64,000 bases of DNA from Candidatus Latescibacterota bacterium (GCA_964291625.2 OZ220089.1:2048001-2112000); one strand, 5' to 3'; counted from the first letter of the stretch, positions 39,742 through 50,351 are shown. Program-made: numbers and translations. The notes: a model not told the origin generated them from the sequence alone.

Positions 39742-41060
39742 GCCTCGACGGCCAGCTCCAGGGCCCGCAGGGCGCCGGCCGCCAGGGCCCGGTCCGCGTC
39801 GTCGGCCAGCATGCGCCCCTGGTGGCGGGCCCTCGCGTCGAGGACCTCGTAGCCGCCGTGGGGCACTTCCTCGCTCGTGGGCACGTAGCCGATGGCGCCG
39901 TTGGCGTAGCCCACCGGCAGGGTCATGGCGAAGGGCGAGGCCTCGGCGATGGCCGTCCCCGTCTCGACGAAGATCTCCCCCGGCAGGCCGACGAGGGCCA
40001 CGTCGTCCAAGGCCAGGGCCTGGATCTCCAGGGGCAGGCCCGACGCCACGGTGCCGCGCCGGTGGGCCTCCAGCCGCTCCCGGGCGGCGGTGTAGTGGCG
40101 GCAGACCCGCCAGTCGCGGTGGAACTCCCCCTTCAGCTGGCGGAAGGCGGGCTCCCACTCGGCCAGCTCGCGCTCGCACTCCTGCAGCGGCGGCATCGGC
40201 TCCAGGGGCAGCTCGAAGGCGTGGCTGGCGCAACGGAGCCGCCCTCCCCGCCGCATCTCCCCCGCCTCCCCGATTGTCTGCAGCACGGCGCCTCCGGCCC
40301 TGGTGCCGTGCATCCCGGCCAGCTCGTAGGTGCCCCGCGGGTGGGGGTTGATGTTGCCGGCGCAGCCGTTGAGGAAGAGGGCCGTCTCGCCCCGGCGCTC
40401 GTCCTCGATCTTCCGCATGGCCACCCCCATCCAGTCGGCGGTGAACAGGTAGTTGTCGCTCACCAGGCAGGTCCCGTGGGCGGCGTGCTGCCAGAGCACG
40501 ACCAAGGGCGTGCCGTCGAGGCGCTCGAACCAGACCACGTCGACCCAGGGCGCCACCGGCCCCTCCGGGTTCACGCCGATGCGGGTGGTGCCGTCCGCCT
40601 GCCGCTCCCGGCGGTTGACGCCGACCCGCAGCGGCTGCCGGCCCGTGCCCCAGCGCACGGGCCCCGCCGCCGTGGCCGCCTGCAGGGCGGTGCCGGCCAT
40701 GAAGTGGCAGAGGGCGTCGATGAAGGTCGCCTCCGCCTCCTCCAGCTTCCTGAAATCGGTGTACATCAGGGGGCCGCCGTGGGTGTGGGAGAAGGCGAGG
40801 AAGACGTGGTCCGCCGGCACCCCCGTGGCCCGGTTCACCAGCTCGCGCACCCGGGCCACGTGCTCGAAGCGCATGCCGATCAGGTCGCTGCTGATGATCA
40901 CCGCCCGGGTGGTGCCGTCGTCCAGGTACAGGGTGTGGGCATTCAGGTGGTCGTGGACGCCCTCGGCGCCGTGGTCGCGGGCGCCGTACCCGCCCATGGG
41001 GTGCCCGGTGGGCGGCGTGATCCGGGCGCCTCCGGCGCCGGCCAGCAGCTGCTTCGTCAT
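39738..41060 (-). CDS. Neutral/alkaline ceramidase N-terminal-domain family hydrolase
   Basis: ITPP..MGGY, HDHL, SHTHGGP, GCAGNINP, LPGEIF, GYANG..GYVP. Confidence 0.8.
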   Translation of the reverse strand: MTKQLLAGAGGARITPPTGHPMGGYGARDHGAEGVHDHLNAHTLYLDDGTTRAVIISSDLIGMRFEHVARVRELVNRATGVPADHVFLAFSHTHGGPLMYTDFRKLEEAEATFIDALCHFMAGTALQAATAAGPVRWGTGRQPLRVGVNRRERQADGTTRIGVNPEGPVAPWVDVVWFERLDGTPLVVLWQHAAHGTCLVSDNYLFTADWMGVAMRKIEDERRGETALFLNGCAGNINPHPRGTYELAGMHGTRAGGAVLQTIGEAGEMRRGGRLRCASHAFELPLEPMPPLQECERELAEWEPAFRQLKGEFHRDWRVCRHYTAARERLEAHRRGTVASGLPLEIQALALDDVALVGLPGEIFVETGTAIAEASPFAMTLPVGYANGAIGYVPTSEEVPHGGYEVLDARARHQGRMLADDADRALAAGALRALELAVEA

Positions 41061-41180
41061 CTCGTCTCCTCTCTCTGTCCCGAAAGATAGCCGGAGGCCC
41101 CGGCCCGGGTAACCGCGGGCCTTGCACTCCCCCCGGCCCGGGGCTTTGATCCCTCCCATCCCGATTCCCTGGAGGTTTCC

Positions 41181-41978
41181 ATGTTGACCGACCAGCAGCT
41201 CGAGCACTTCCGGACCTTCGGCTTCGTCACCCTCCGCGGCCTCTTCACCCCGGAGGAGGTGGAGACCCTGCGCGACGAGTACGAGACCGAGCTCGACCAC
41301 GTCTACGCCGACCAGCCCTTCACCGGGGAGAAGCGCTACTGGGCGATGATGCTGCACCCGCGCACCCCCCTCTTCGCCAGCCTCCTCGAGGACGAGCGGT
41401 TCTGCCGGGTCGCCGAGCAGCTCTACGGCGAGGACGTCATCGGCATCGGCACCGACGCCAACCGCTACGTGGGCGACACCCGCTGGCACCCCGACCACCG
41501 GGCCGATCCGGACGAGGACTGCCACGGCGTCAAGTTCGCCTTCTACCTCGATCCGGTCGACGCCGCCAGCGGCGCCTTGCGGCTCATCCCGGGGTCGCAC
41601 CGCCGCGGCTTCCACGAACACCTGCGCGACTCCCTGGGAGCCCTCGAGCTCGAGGTCGCCCATGTCCCCGCGTACGTCTGCCGGTCGGAACCCGGCGACG
41701 TGGTCGCCTTCGACATGCGCTGCTGGCACGCCAGCTCCGGCGGCGGCGCCGGCCGCCGCATGTGCACCTGCGTCTTCTACAACAACCCCCGCGGGGAGGT
41801 CGAGGAGGCCGCCGCCCGCAAGCGCGCCGTGGGCTCCAGGGACGTGGGCGCCCAGTTCGGACGGCCGGGAGAGCCCGCCTATCCGCCAGAATGGCTGCGG
41901 AATCCCGCCGGCAGCCCGAGGCGGGGCCGCTGGCTGCGCAGGATGGAGGAGCTGGGGTACTTCGAGTTGCCTGCCTGA
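41181..41978 (+). CDS. PhyH family dioxygenase
   Basis: MLTDQQLEHFRTFGF, WHPD, GALRLIPGSH, PGDVVAF, WHAS; GGAGG SD. Confidence 0.88.
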   Translation: MLTDQQLEHFRTFGFVTLRGLFTPEEVETLRDEYETELDHVYADQPFTGEKRYWAMMLHPRTPLFASLLEDERFCRVAEQLYGEDVIGIGTDANRYVGDTRWHPDHRADPDEDCHGVKFAFYLDPVDAASGALRLIPGSHRRGFHEHLRDSLGALELEVAHVPAYVCRSEPGDVVAFDMRCWHASSGGGAGRRMCTCVFYNNPRGEVEEAAARKRAVGSRDVGAQFGRPGEPAYPPEWLRNPAGSPRRGRWLRRMEELGYFELPA

Positions 41979-41983
41979 TCCGC

Positions 41984-44134
41984 TCAGGGCGACGTCGAGA
42001 GCCGCGCGATCCCCTCGCCGCAGTCGACCAGGTTCGTGCCCGTCACATCGAGGGTGCTCGCCTCCCAGGCCTCGACGCAGCGAAGTCCGCCCTGGATCGT
42101 GGCGCCGGACAGGTCGGCATGGCCGGTGGGGGCCACGCGGATGCCGTACCAGCCGTCGGCGGAAGGGTCGGCATCATCCGATGACCGGAAGGTGATGCCC
42201 CCCGCCCCGGCGTCGAGAGCGCCCTCGACGATCAGTTCCGAACGCATCTCGTCCTCACCGCCCCCGGTCTCGTCGCCCGGGGCAAAGACCACCGTGCTTC
42301 CCGCGGGAATCGTCAGCTTCAGCCCCGGGGGGATCGTCACGTCGCCCGCCAAGGTGACGCGGTCGTCCCACGCCTCGACCCGGAACAGCTTGCCCTCACC
42401 GGGTGCAAAGGAGGCGGAAAAGGAGGGAAAGGCGCCGTGGCGGGTGAGTGCGGTCCTCCTGGCGTAGACCTCCTTGACCAGGTAGGACAGGGCCGATCCG
42501 CCCAACTGGGACGCCTTCAGGCCGATGGTCACCGTCCGAGGGCCGCCGGATCTGGGAGGCTCGCAGCGGCGGTTGACCACCATCAGGTGCCGGGTGCCAT
42601 CGGCGTGGGTGAAGGTGCCGAGGTGGAAGTCGACCGGATCGGAGAGCTCCTGGACGAAGGATGCGGGAGCCTTGCCCGGGAAGACGGCGTCGGAACTCAG
42701 CTGCAGCAGGATGTCGTCGTGTTCCCGCAGCATCCGGTTGAGGGCCTGTACCTCGCGCCACTTTGGAGTGACTCTGTAGTACGGGTCCACCAGGCCCTGC
42801 AGGTCGGGCCGGCCGTCGTCGTTGGCGTGGCTGGAATACATGAAGTAGTAGATGCCCGTCGCACCGTGGGCCAGGGCCAGATGGACCTGGACCCGGATCT
42901 CCTCCGGCGCCGGGTCCCGGAGGCCCCCACCCCAGCTATGGGCCTGCATCACTCCCCAGAGGGGTATGCCCGCCCCGACCGCCACCTCCCGGGCGCGCCC
43001 ATACCACGTGACGTAGTCGTCGAGGGCCCTCCTCAGGCCGGCCTCATACCCCTCATCGCCCCGCCTCGGCACCGAACCCAGGATGGGGTAGAAGTCCACC
43101 AGGAACTCCGAAGGCGACACCGTGTCCACGAAGTGCTGCATGAACTCTTCGAGTTTCTGGTGGAAGGCCACCACGCCGGACTTTCCGCTATGGGCCTTGA
43201 TGAACTCGTTCACGTAGGCCACGCTCCAGTCCTTCTCCGTCCACCGGGGCTCGTCGTCCGCATAGAACCGCCAGGGCGGATCGGCCGCGATGCCGTCGTA
43301 GGCGCTCAGCTCGGCCTCGAGCTGGCCGTCGTGGTTGCCCGAGAAGAGCCTGTGGCCGTCGGTGTCGTGGGCCCGGATCTGATCGACCCAGAGATTGCCT
43401 GCACCGCTCCATTCGACCTGGTAGCGCACGAGGTTCCGGCCCGGGGGCACGGCGTATCGGATCACGAAGTCCTGGTAGGCGTCTGGAGCGTGGAACTGGA
43501 GCTTCCTCACACTCCGCGTGCGCAGCACGGAGCCGTCGGAGTGCCGTAGAATCCTGAGGGTGGCGATCCTGTCGCTGCCGGTGTTGTCGTCCGTCTTCAG
43601 GCGGAAGACGTGTATCGAGTAGCGCGCCCGGTTGGCCACGACTTGCCCCCGGCTGTTCAGCCTGTGCTCCACGTAACGCAGGAAGATGCCGGGGCCTTCC
43701 TCGGGGGTGTCCACGATGACGCCGGGTCCGTGGGCGGCCGTGTTCGCATGCCACGCATCGCCGTCGCGCTCGCCCGCGGGATGGACGAAGAGCCCGGTGT
43801 CCTCGGCCTCCAGGACCTTGCTCCAGTAGCGCCGGCTCTCGGCCCGCCACCCGGGGAGCACGTTCCAGCTGTACAACTGGACGTTCAGCCCCCGTTCGCG
43901 GGCCACGTCCATGAAGACGCGGTTGACGACGGCATCGTTTCTGACTTCGAGGGCGGCGTGAATCGTGTTGAAGTTGGCTGCCGCCACCTGGTCGAGGCGC
44001 TCCTCGAACCGGTCGGACTGATCGTCGAACAGACCGGGGAACCAGGCCCCGATGGGAAACTCCTCCTGTGCCAGCCCCATGCCGGGGAAGAGGAGCAACA
44101 GAAGCGCGAGATGCGGCACCCTGAGGCCGCTCAC
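41984..44134 (-). CDS. Secreted glycoside-hydrolase-like protein with C-terminal beta-helix-like module
   Basis: Signal peptide; FPIGAW, ADDEP, DFYP, EEIRVQVHLALAHGATGIYYF; GDVTIPPG..LIVEG..WYGI. Confidence 0.65.
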   Translation of the reverse strand: MSGLRVPHLALLLLLFPGMGLAQEEFPIGAWFPGLFDDQSDRFEERLDQVAAANFNTIHAALEVRNDAVVNRVFMDVARERGLNVQLYSWNVLPGWRAESRRYWSKVLEAEDTGLFVHPAGERDGDAWHANTAAHGPGVIVDTPEEGPGIFLRYVEHRLNSRGQVVANRARYSIHVFRLKTDDNTGSDRIATLRILRHSDGSVLRTRSVRKLQFHAPDAYQDFVIRYAVPPGRNLVRYQVEWSGAGNLWVDQIRAHDTDGHRLFSGNHDGQLEAELSAYDGIAADPPWRFYADDEPRWTEKDWSVAYVNEFIKAHSGKSGVVAFHQKLEEFMQHFVDTVSPSEFLVDFYPILGSVPRRGDEGYEAGLRRALDDYVTWYGRAREVAVGAGIPLWGVMQAHSWGGGLRDPAPEEIRVQVHLALAHGATGIYYFMYSSHANDDGRPDLQGLVDPYYRVTPKWREVQALNRMLREHDDILLQLSSDAVFPGKAPASFVQELSDPVDFHLGTFTHADGTRHLMVVNRRCEPPRSGGPRTVTIGLKASQLGGSALSYLVKEVYARRTALTRHGAFPSFSASFAPGEGKLFRVEAWDDRVTLAGDVTIPPGLKLTIPAGSTVVFAPGDETGGGEDEMRSELIVEGALDAGAGGITFRSSDDADPSADGWYGIRVAPTGHADLSGATIQGGLRCVEAWEASTLDVTGTNLVDCGEGIARLSTSP

Positions 44135-44868
44135 TCCGACACTCCATTCTTGATCCGCCCCCAGCCTCCGGAGGAGACCATGGTCGAGACGCGCCCTCCG
44201 AAGGGACCCCATGGGACATCGGGATAGCTCGTCCCGTCGGGCAGGTAGTCGTGGGAGCCGTCCTGGCTCGTCCTGGCCGCCCACCTGAAGAACCAGTATC
44301 CCCGCTCCTCGTCTTCCGCCGTGGTCCCGGGATCGCCCAGCGCCGGCCAGGGGACCGCTCCCTCCAACCACTCACCCGACAGGGCGACCTCCACCTCGGC
44401 GATGTCCTCTCCTTCGGTCACGACCCACTCATCGCCGGCCAGACGGCGGTGGATCTCCGTCGCGAGGCCGCCGTCGCGGCCGACGATCTCGATCTGGTAC
44501 TCGGGGAGAAAGCCGACCCACGGAGGCTGGGCCTCGCCCTCGGTCGTGTCCGCCGAGACGTCGAAGAACAGTTGCACCGAGGTGTCGCTGGATCCCTGGA
44601 AGGGAGCCTCCAGGAACCGGAAGATGAAGGTGAAGAGGGAGCGCTCGCCGAAGGACCCGTGTCCGTAGGCGTAGGTGATGACATCTATGGTGTTGTTGGA
44701 GTCGGGGGCGACATCGAAGAACTCGTCCCCCTCACCCGGTCCGCCGCCGCCCCAATCCCGCCAGTCTCCATCGACGACGAAAGAGGAGGCGTCCTGCGCC
44801 CCGGCCGCGGCCGCCCCGTACCCGAGGAGACAGCCGAGGACGAGGAGCGTGTTCCATACGACGCGCAT
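44131..44868 (-). CDS. Secreted acidic hypothetical protein with C-terminal WGxIK tail
   Basis: Signal peptide; VDGDWRDW; DYLPD; ends STMVSSGGWGRIKNGVSE. Confidence 0.7.
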   Translation of the reverse strand: MRVVWNTLLVLGCLLGYGAAAAGAQDASSFVVDGDWRDWGGGGPGEGDEFFDVAPDSNNTIDVITYAYGHGSFGERSLFTFIFRFLEAPFQGSSDTSVQLFFDVSADTTEGEAQPPWVGFLPEYQIEIVGRDGGLATEIHRRLAGDEWVVTEGEDIAEVEVALSGEWLEGAVPWPALGDPGTTAEDEERGYWFFRWAARTSQDGSHDYLPDGTSYPDVPWGPFGGRVSTMVSSGGWGRIKNGVSE

Positions 44869-44921
44869 GGCAGGGTTCCTTTCCATGGGCAAGCCGGTCC
44901 CGCGGCTCCCGGGCCGCCCGC

Positions 44922-46526
44922 CTACTTGAGGCACATCAGTCTCCGGGTGTGCACGCCGCCGGGATGGTCCAGCCGTACGACATAGATGCCGGCCGCCACC
45001 GGGGCGCCGCGCAGGTCGAGTCCGTCCCAGGACAGCCGGTGCACCCCCGCGGCCTGGACCTCGTCCACCAGGGTGCGCAGCGGCTGTCCCAGGAGATTGT
45101 AGATCCTCAGCCGCACCGGGCCGGAGTCGGCCAACCGGTAGGCGATCTGCGTGCCGGCGTTGAAGGGGTTGGGCGCGTTGGGGTACAGCTCGCTGCCAGC
45201 CGGCTCCCCGGAAGCCGCCGCCTTCCCCGCCGCAGGCTGCCCGGCCGCCGCCGAACCCGCCAGGGTCAGGTCCAGCGACTCCACCCGGTGACTGTTGATG
45301 GGAAGGCTGTGCCAGCTGGCCGCCGCCTCGCCGGCGGCCGTGAGGGAGCGGGCCTGGTAGAGACCGGTGGCTCCGCCGTACAGGGTCAGTTCCAGCCGCC
45401 CGGACCCGTCGGTGACGGCGCTCCAGGCGTAGTGGGGCCGGCGGCCCGAGATGCTCCTGGAAAAGTCGATGGTCAGGCCGGCGGCCCCCGGACCTGTCAC
45501 CCTGGCCTCCACCTCTGCGCGGGGCCGGAGATCCCACGGCAGCACCGTGTACAACCGGCCGTCGCTTCGGCTCTCCCCGCCGCTCCGGCTGCCGCTGGCC
45601 AGGGTCCTGCCGTCGGGAGAGACCGCCACCGACGACACCCAGCTCGTGTGTCCCTCGAGGGTGAGGGTGGACTCGAGCCGGCCGGTCTCCCCATCCCACA
45701 ACCGGATCCCGTCGTCATGGCCGCTGACCACCGTCCCGTCATCCAGGAACGCCACGGACCAGACCCAGCCAGGGGATCCGTACCTCCCTCGCCCTTCCAG
45801 AATGGCCTCGGGCTGGCCGGTCTCCCCATCCCACAGGCGGACGGTCCCGTCCCAGCCGCCGCTGGCCACGGTCCTGCCGTCCGGCGAGAACGCTACGGAC
45901 TCGATCCGTCCCGAATGTCCCTGCAGGAGGGCTCTCTGCGCGGCGGTCTCCAGGTTCCACAACCGGACGGTGTAGTCGCCACCGCCGCTAACCAGGGTCC
46001 TGCCGTCCGGCGAGAACGCTACGGACTCGACCTCGCCCGCATGTCCTTCGAGAGTGGCCTGGAGCAGGCCGGTCTCCACCTCCCACAACCGGATCGCGTG
46101 GTCCGTGCCACCGCTGGCAAGAGACTCGCCGTCCGGCGAGAACGCAACGGACCGCAGGAAGGCCCGGCCCTCCCAGCCGGCCCTCGGCTGGCCCGTGTCG
46201 ACCTCCCACAGCCGGACTTCGCTGCCGATTCCGGCGGCCAGGGTCCCGCTGTCCGGCGAGAACGCAACGGACCTGGCGAGACCCGCGTCGTGATGGGTCT
46301 CGAGCCGTCCGCTGCGCGCATCGTGGAGGAAGATTCCCGTGCTGGCGGGCACCGCCAGCCAGGCGCCGTCGGGCGACCAGGCGATGCCGCCGAAGAGGAC
46401 GGCTTCGCCCAGCCGTTGGCGGACGGCTTCCGGGAGAGTCAGGACGGCATGCTCGCGGGCCGAGCCGTCCTGGGCGGACGCGCCGAGGAGCAGCAGGGCC
46501 AAGCCGAAGATCTGGGTTCGAGCCAT
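44922..46526 (-). CDS. Secreted WD40-repeat protein with C-terminal FlgD-Ig/T9SS-like domain
   Basis: Repeated SVAFSPDG..LASG..D..RLW; NAPNPFN, IYNLLGQ, WDGLD..G..VAAGIY. Confidence 0.9.
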   Translation of the reverse strand: MARTQIFGLALLLLGASAQDGSAREHAVLTLPEAVRQRLGEAVLFGGIAWSPDGAWLAVPASTGIFLHDARSGRLETHHDAGLARSVAFSPDSGTLAAGIGSEVRLWEVDTGQPRAGWEGRAFLRSVAFSPDGESLASGGTDHAIRLWEVETGLLQATLEGHAGEVESVAFSPDGRTLVSGGGDYTVRLWNLETAAQRALLQGHSGRIESVAFSPDGRTVASGGWDGTVRLWDGETGQPEAILEGRGRYGSPGWVWSVAFLDDGTVVSGHDDGIRLWDGETGRLESTLTLEGHTSWVSSVAVSPDGRTLASGSRSGGESRSDGRLYTVLPWDLRPRAEVEARVTGPGAAGLTIDFSRSISGRRPHYAWSAVTDGSGRLELTLYGGATGLYQARSLTAAGEAAASWHSLPINSHRVESLDLTLAGSAAAGQPAAGKAAASGEPAGSELYPNAPNPFNAGTQIAYRLADSGPVRLRIYNLLGQPLRTLVDEVQAAGVHRLSWDGLDLRGAPVAAGIYVVRLDHPGGVHTRRLMCLK

Positions 46527-46606
46527 GCGAACTCTCGGATGGGCTATCTGCCAGGACTGACAGATGCCAGCTGGTAAGGAGCCCCATGGTCCCCATGGGA
46601 GACGCT

Positions 46607-49600
46607 CTCATTGCCCCTCATGGGGATCGGGAACATAGCCGACGCCGCCTGCAGGGAGAAGTCGTCTTCGATCTCATTACCCCTCATGGGGATCGGGAAC
46701 GCTGGCCGGGAACAGCAGCATGACGACCAGCATCGACTCATTACCCCTCATGGGGATCGGGAACGCTTAGGGTGCCACCGCCGTCACCAGCACCGGCTTC
46801 GGCTCATTACCCCTCATGGGGATCGGGAACTCAGGGCCTGCGCGGCGTGCGTCGCCGGCTGGCCATCGACTGCTCATTACCCCTCATGGGGATCGGGAAC
46901 TGCCGGATACCGGCACCCTTTCCGGGCAAATCCAGGTGTGCTCATTACCCCTCATGGGGATCGGGAACTCGTCGGGGCGCGGTTCCGGTGGTGGACGGAA
47001 TGACGGCCGACGACTCATTACCCCTCATGGGGATCGGGAACCGATATCAGAAGCCGCTCCTACCTGGAGACCCGGAGCTCATTACCCCTCATGGGGATCG
47101 GGAACCGGTGGTTGTCGGCTTCGCGTTCCACGTCCCGGATAGCCACTCATTACCCCTCATGGGGATCGGGAACGCGGGGGCCGTCGGCGAGGAACGGTGG
47201 CTGGCCACGCTCATTACCCCTCATGGGGATCGGGAACGCGAGGGAGTGGGTGCACTCGCACGTACTGAGCGTCCAGCTCATTACCCCTCATGGGGATCGG
47301 GAACTGGCCGGCATCGTGCCGACGCTGGAGCGGGGCCAGGGTCTGGACTCATTACCCCTCATGGGGATCGGGAACACGACGACGAGCAGTTCGCCGTGGG
47401 GATGATCGTCGTCTCATTACCCCTCATGGGGATCGGGAACTGTCGGCTTCGCGCTCCACGTCACCGATGGCCCTGTCCTCATTACCCCTCATGGGGATCG
47501 GGAACAAGGGCAAGGATGGCTCGATGGACATCGGCTTCTTCCACTCATTACCCCTCATGGGGATCGGGAACGATTGGGCGGCAATACGGGAGACATCCGC
47601 GTCTTCGGGGCTCATTACCCCTCATGGGGATCGGGAACTGGCGCCGAAAAGGACGGCCCCGAGGGCCAGCACGGCGGCCTCATTACCCCTCATGGGGATC
47701 GGGAACCCGCGTAGCCGTCCAGGGCCTGCTGCGGCCGCTCCATCTCATTACCCCTCATGGGGATCGGGAACCGCGTCGACGGCGGCCAGCGTCTCGCCGC
47801 TCACCGTCTCATTACCCCTCATGGGGATCGGGAACGTGGGGAGGCACCCGGAAAACCCGGGCGATCTCGACTCATTACCCCTCATGGGGATCGGGAACGG
47901 GCTTCCGCGGTCTCTGGTCTCCCCGCAACCCCAAGCCTCATTACCCCTCATGGGGATCGGGAACACATCCGCCAGCGGGTGGTGGAGCGGCTGCGGTTCG
48001 GCTCATTACCCCTCATGGGGATCGGGAACCTCCGGGTGGGCGAGCCGGACACCCTGGTCAACGTGCCCTCATTACCCCTCATGGGGATCGGGAACGGCAG
48101 GACCTGGCCGTCGTCGTAGCCAGGCGCGTTCTGCTCATTACCCCTCATGGGGATCGGGAACCTGGACCAGGCGAGCTGGTGGAAAGCCCACAGGAGGCTC
48201 ACCCTCATTACCCCTCATGGGGATCGGGAACGCGAACGCGTGCTCCAGGAAGAAGCGGCCGGCGGCCGCTCATTACCCCTCATGGGGATCGGGAACTTGT
48301 ACCGGGGACAGTCAGCCCGGGCGGCCAAGTACCTCATTACCCCTCATGGGGATCGGGAACCCTGGAGGCCATCGGCGGCAAGGCGGCCCTGAAGCGCTCA
48401 TTACCCCTCATGGGGATCGGGAACGAGGACTTCGGGGTGCATAGACGAACCGTGGTCTATCACTCATTACCCCTCATGGGGATCGGGAACCCCCTCACCG
48501 TGCGGAACGGGGACGCGGTGCGGATCGGACTCATTACCCCTCATGGGGATCGGGAACGGGATGGTCATGCCCTCGGACTCCTCGGCGATCCGCCACTCAT
48601 TACCCCTCATGGGGATCGGGAACAGCTGGGGCTCACCGAGCGGACCGTTCCGGTCGTCGACTCATTACCCCTCATGGGGATCGGGAACTCTTCATCGAGA
48701 AGCCCGACGGTCTCCAGGGCCCCGGTCTCATTACCCCTCATGGGGATCGGGAACTAGAACGCCTGCCGCTCCTCGGGGGTCAGCAGAGCCTGGTGCGCCT
48801 CATTACCCCTCATGGGGATCGGGAACGGGATGAACACCCCTCGGACCGTATCGGCGGGCACGCGCTCATTACCCCTCATGGGGATCGGGAACATGCGCTC
48901 CACGTAGACCACCCCGGAGATCGCCAGCAGCTCATTACCCCTCATGGGGATCGGGAACACCTCCAGTTCGGCGCTGCGCCAGGCGTGGCCCTCGGACTCT
49001 CATTACCCCTCATGGGGATCGGGAACCCACGTTGTTCTCGCCCAGCAGGCCGAGGATCGCCTTCTCCTCATTACCCCTCATGGGGATCGGGAACACCCGC
49101 ACAGCGCGAGCAGCACGCTGGCGTTCTCCGGCTCATTACCCCTCATGGGGATCGGGAACCAAGGAGCTGCAAGGCCAGGCGCGGGGGCTGACGAGCTCCT
49201 CATTACCCCTCATGGGGATCGGGAACAGTACTCCGTCCGCGCCGAGACCCTCGCGCAGGCCGCGCTCATTACCCCTCATGGGGATCGGGAACCCGGGCCC
49301 ACATCGAGCGCGGCCTGGTCCGGGCGGAGCTCATTACCCCTCATGGGGATCGGGAACGGCCCAGGCCACGGCCGTCAGGTCGATGCTTTCCGAAACTCAT
49401 TACCCCTCATGGGGATCGGGAACGGCGGAGGCGGCCGCCCGGGCCACGACGCGGTTTCGGCTCATTACCCCTCATGGGGATCGGGAACGGTCGAGCTGGG
49501 AGGGCTCAACTCCCCGGTCTCGGACAACTCATTACCCCTCATGGGGATCGGGAACTGGCGATCTGCGGGGACTTCACGTCCCAGTGGATTCACTCATTAC

Positions 49601-50351
49601 CCCTCATGGGGATCGGGAACTGGAAGGCGGACCCGAAGACGGTCGCCTCGGTCTGGCGCGCTCATTACCCCTCATGGGGATCGGGAACACGTGCCGATTC
49701 GCCAGCGTCTCGACCGCCTTGACGGCTCATTACCCCTCATGGGGATCGGGAACGGGCCCGGGCCAGCGCGTCCTGCAGCGCCGAGCGCTTGACCTCATTA
49801 CCCCTCATGGGGATCGGGAACAAGACCGCCGCGGCCTGCATGATCGGGACCATCGGCATCTCATTACCCCTCATGGGGATCGGGAACCCTCACCGACGCC
49901 GGCGCGCAGGTGGCCTCCTGCGACTCATTACCCCTCATGGGGATCGGGAACGCCGTGGGCCTCGCCGGCTTCGCGCGGTCAATCCGATACTCATTACCCC
50001 TCATGGGGATCGGGAACGTTGCCCGACACCGTGGCCGACGCCGTCGCCACGTGCTCATTACCCCTCATGGGGATCGGGAACCTCGAGCCCCTGGCCCGCG
50101 AGATCGCCCACTTCTTCAGTCCTCATTACCCCTCATGGGGATCGGGAACCGCGGCGATCCAGGAGGTTCGAACCCACCTCGAGCTGCTCATTACCCCTCA
50201 TGGGGATCGGGAACCTGTGCAGGCCAACTCTGCGACGCCGCCGGTGGTGCCCCAGTACTCATTACCCCTCATGGGGATCGGGAACTGGCAGGTCGAGGAG
50301 TTCGACGCGGACCGCCATATCATCTCATTACCCCTCATGGGGATCGGGAAC
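46607..50351 (-). CRISPR. CRISPR array: 57 repeats of 28 nt (GTTCCCGATCCCCATGAGGGGTAATGAG on minus) and 56 unique spacers of 35-45 nt
   Basis: Counted by eye; the single variant repeat (CTCATTGCCC...) at 46607 marks the trailer end; leader is on the cas2 side. Confidence 0.99.

Noticed and set aside
929-46577. Numerous long antisense or alternate-frame ORFs (e.g. 14374-16947, 29877-32597, 33323-35527)
   Set aside because: Arg/Pro/Gly-rich shadow ORFs expected at high GC, overlapping well-supported genes.
47376-47412. Spacer with self-complementary ends (ACGACGA...TCGTCGT)
   Set aside because: Short, low-complexity and a single instance; likely chance.
46635-50323. Self-targeting spacers within the window
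   Set aside because: None noticed by eye; this was not exhaustive and needs an alignment.
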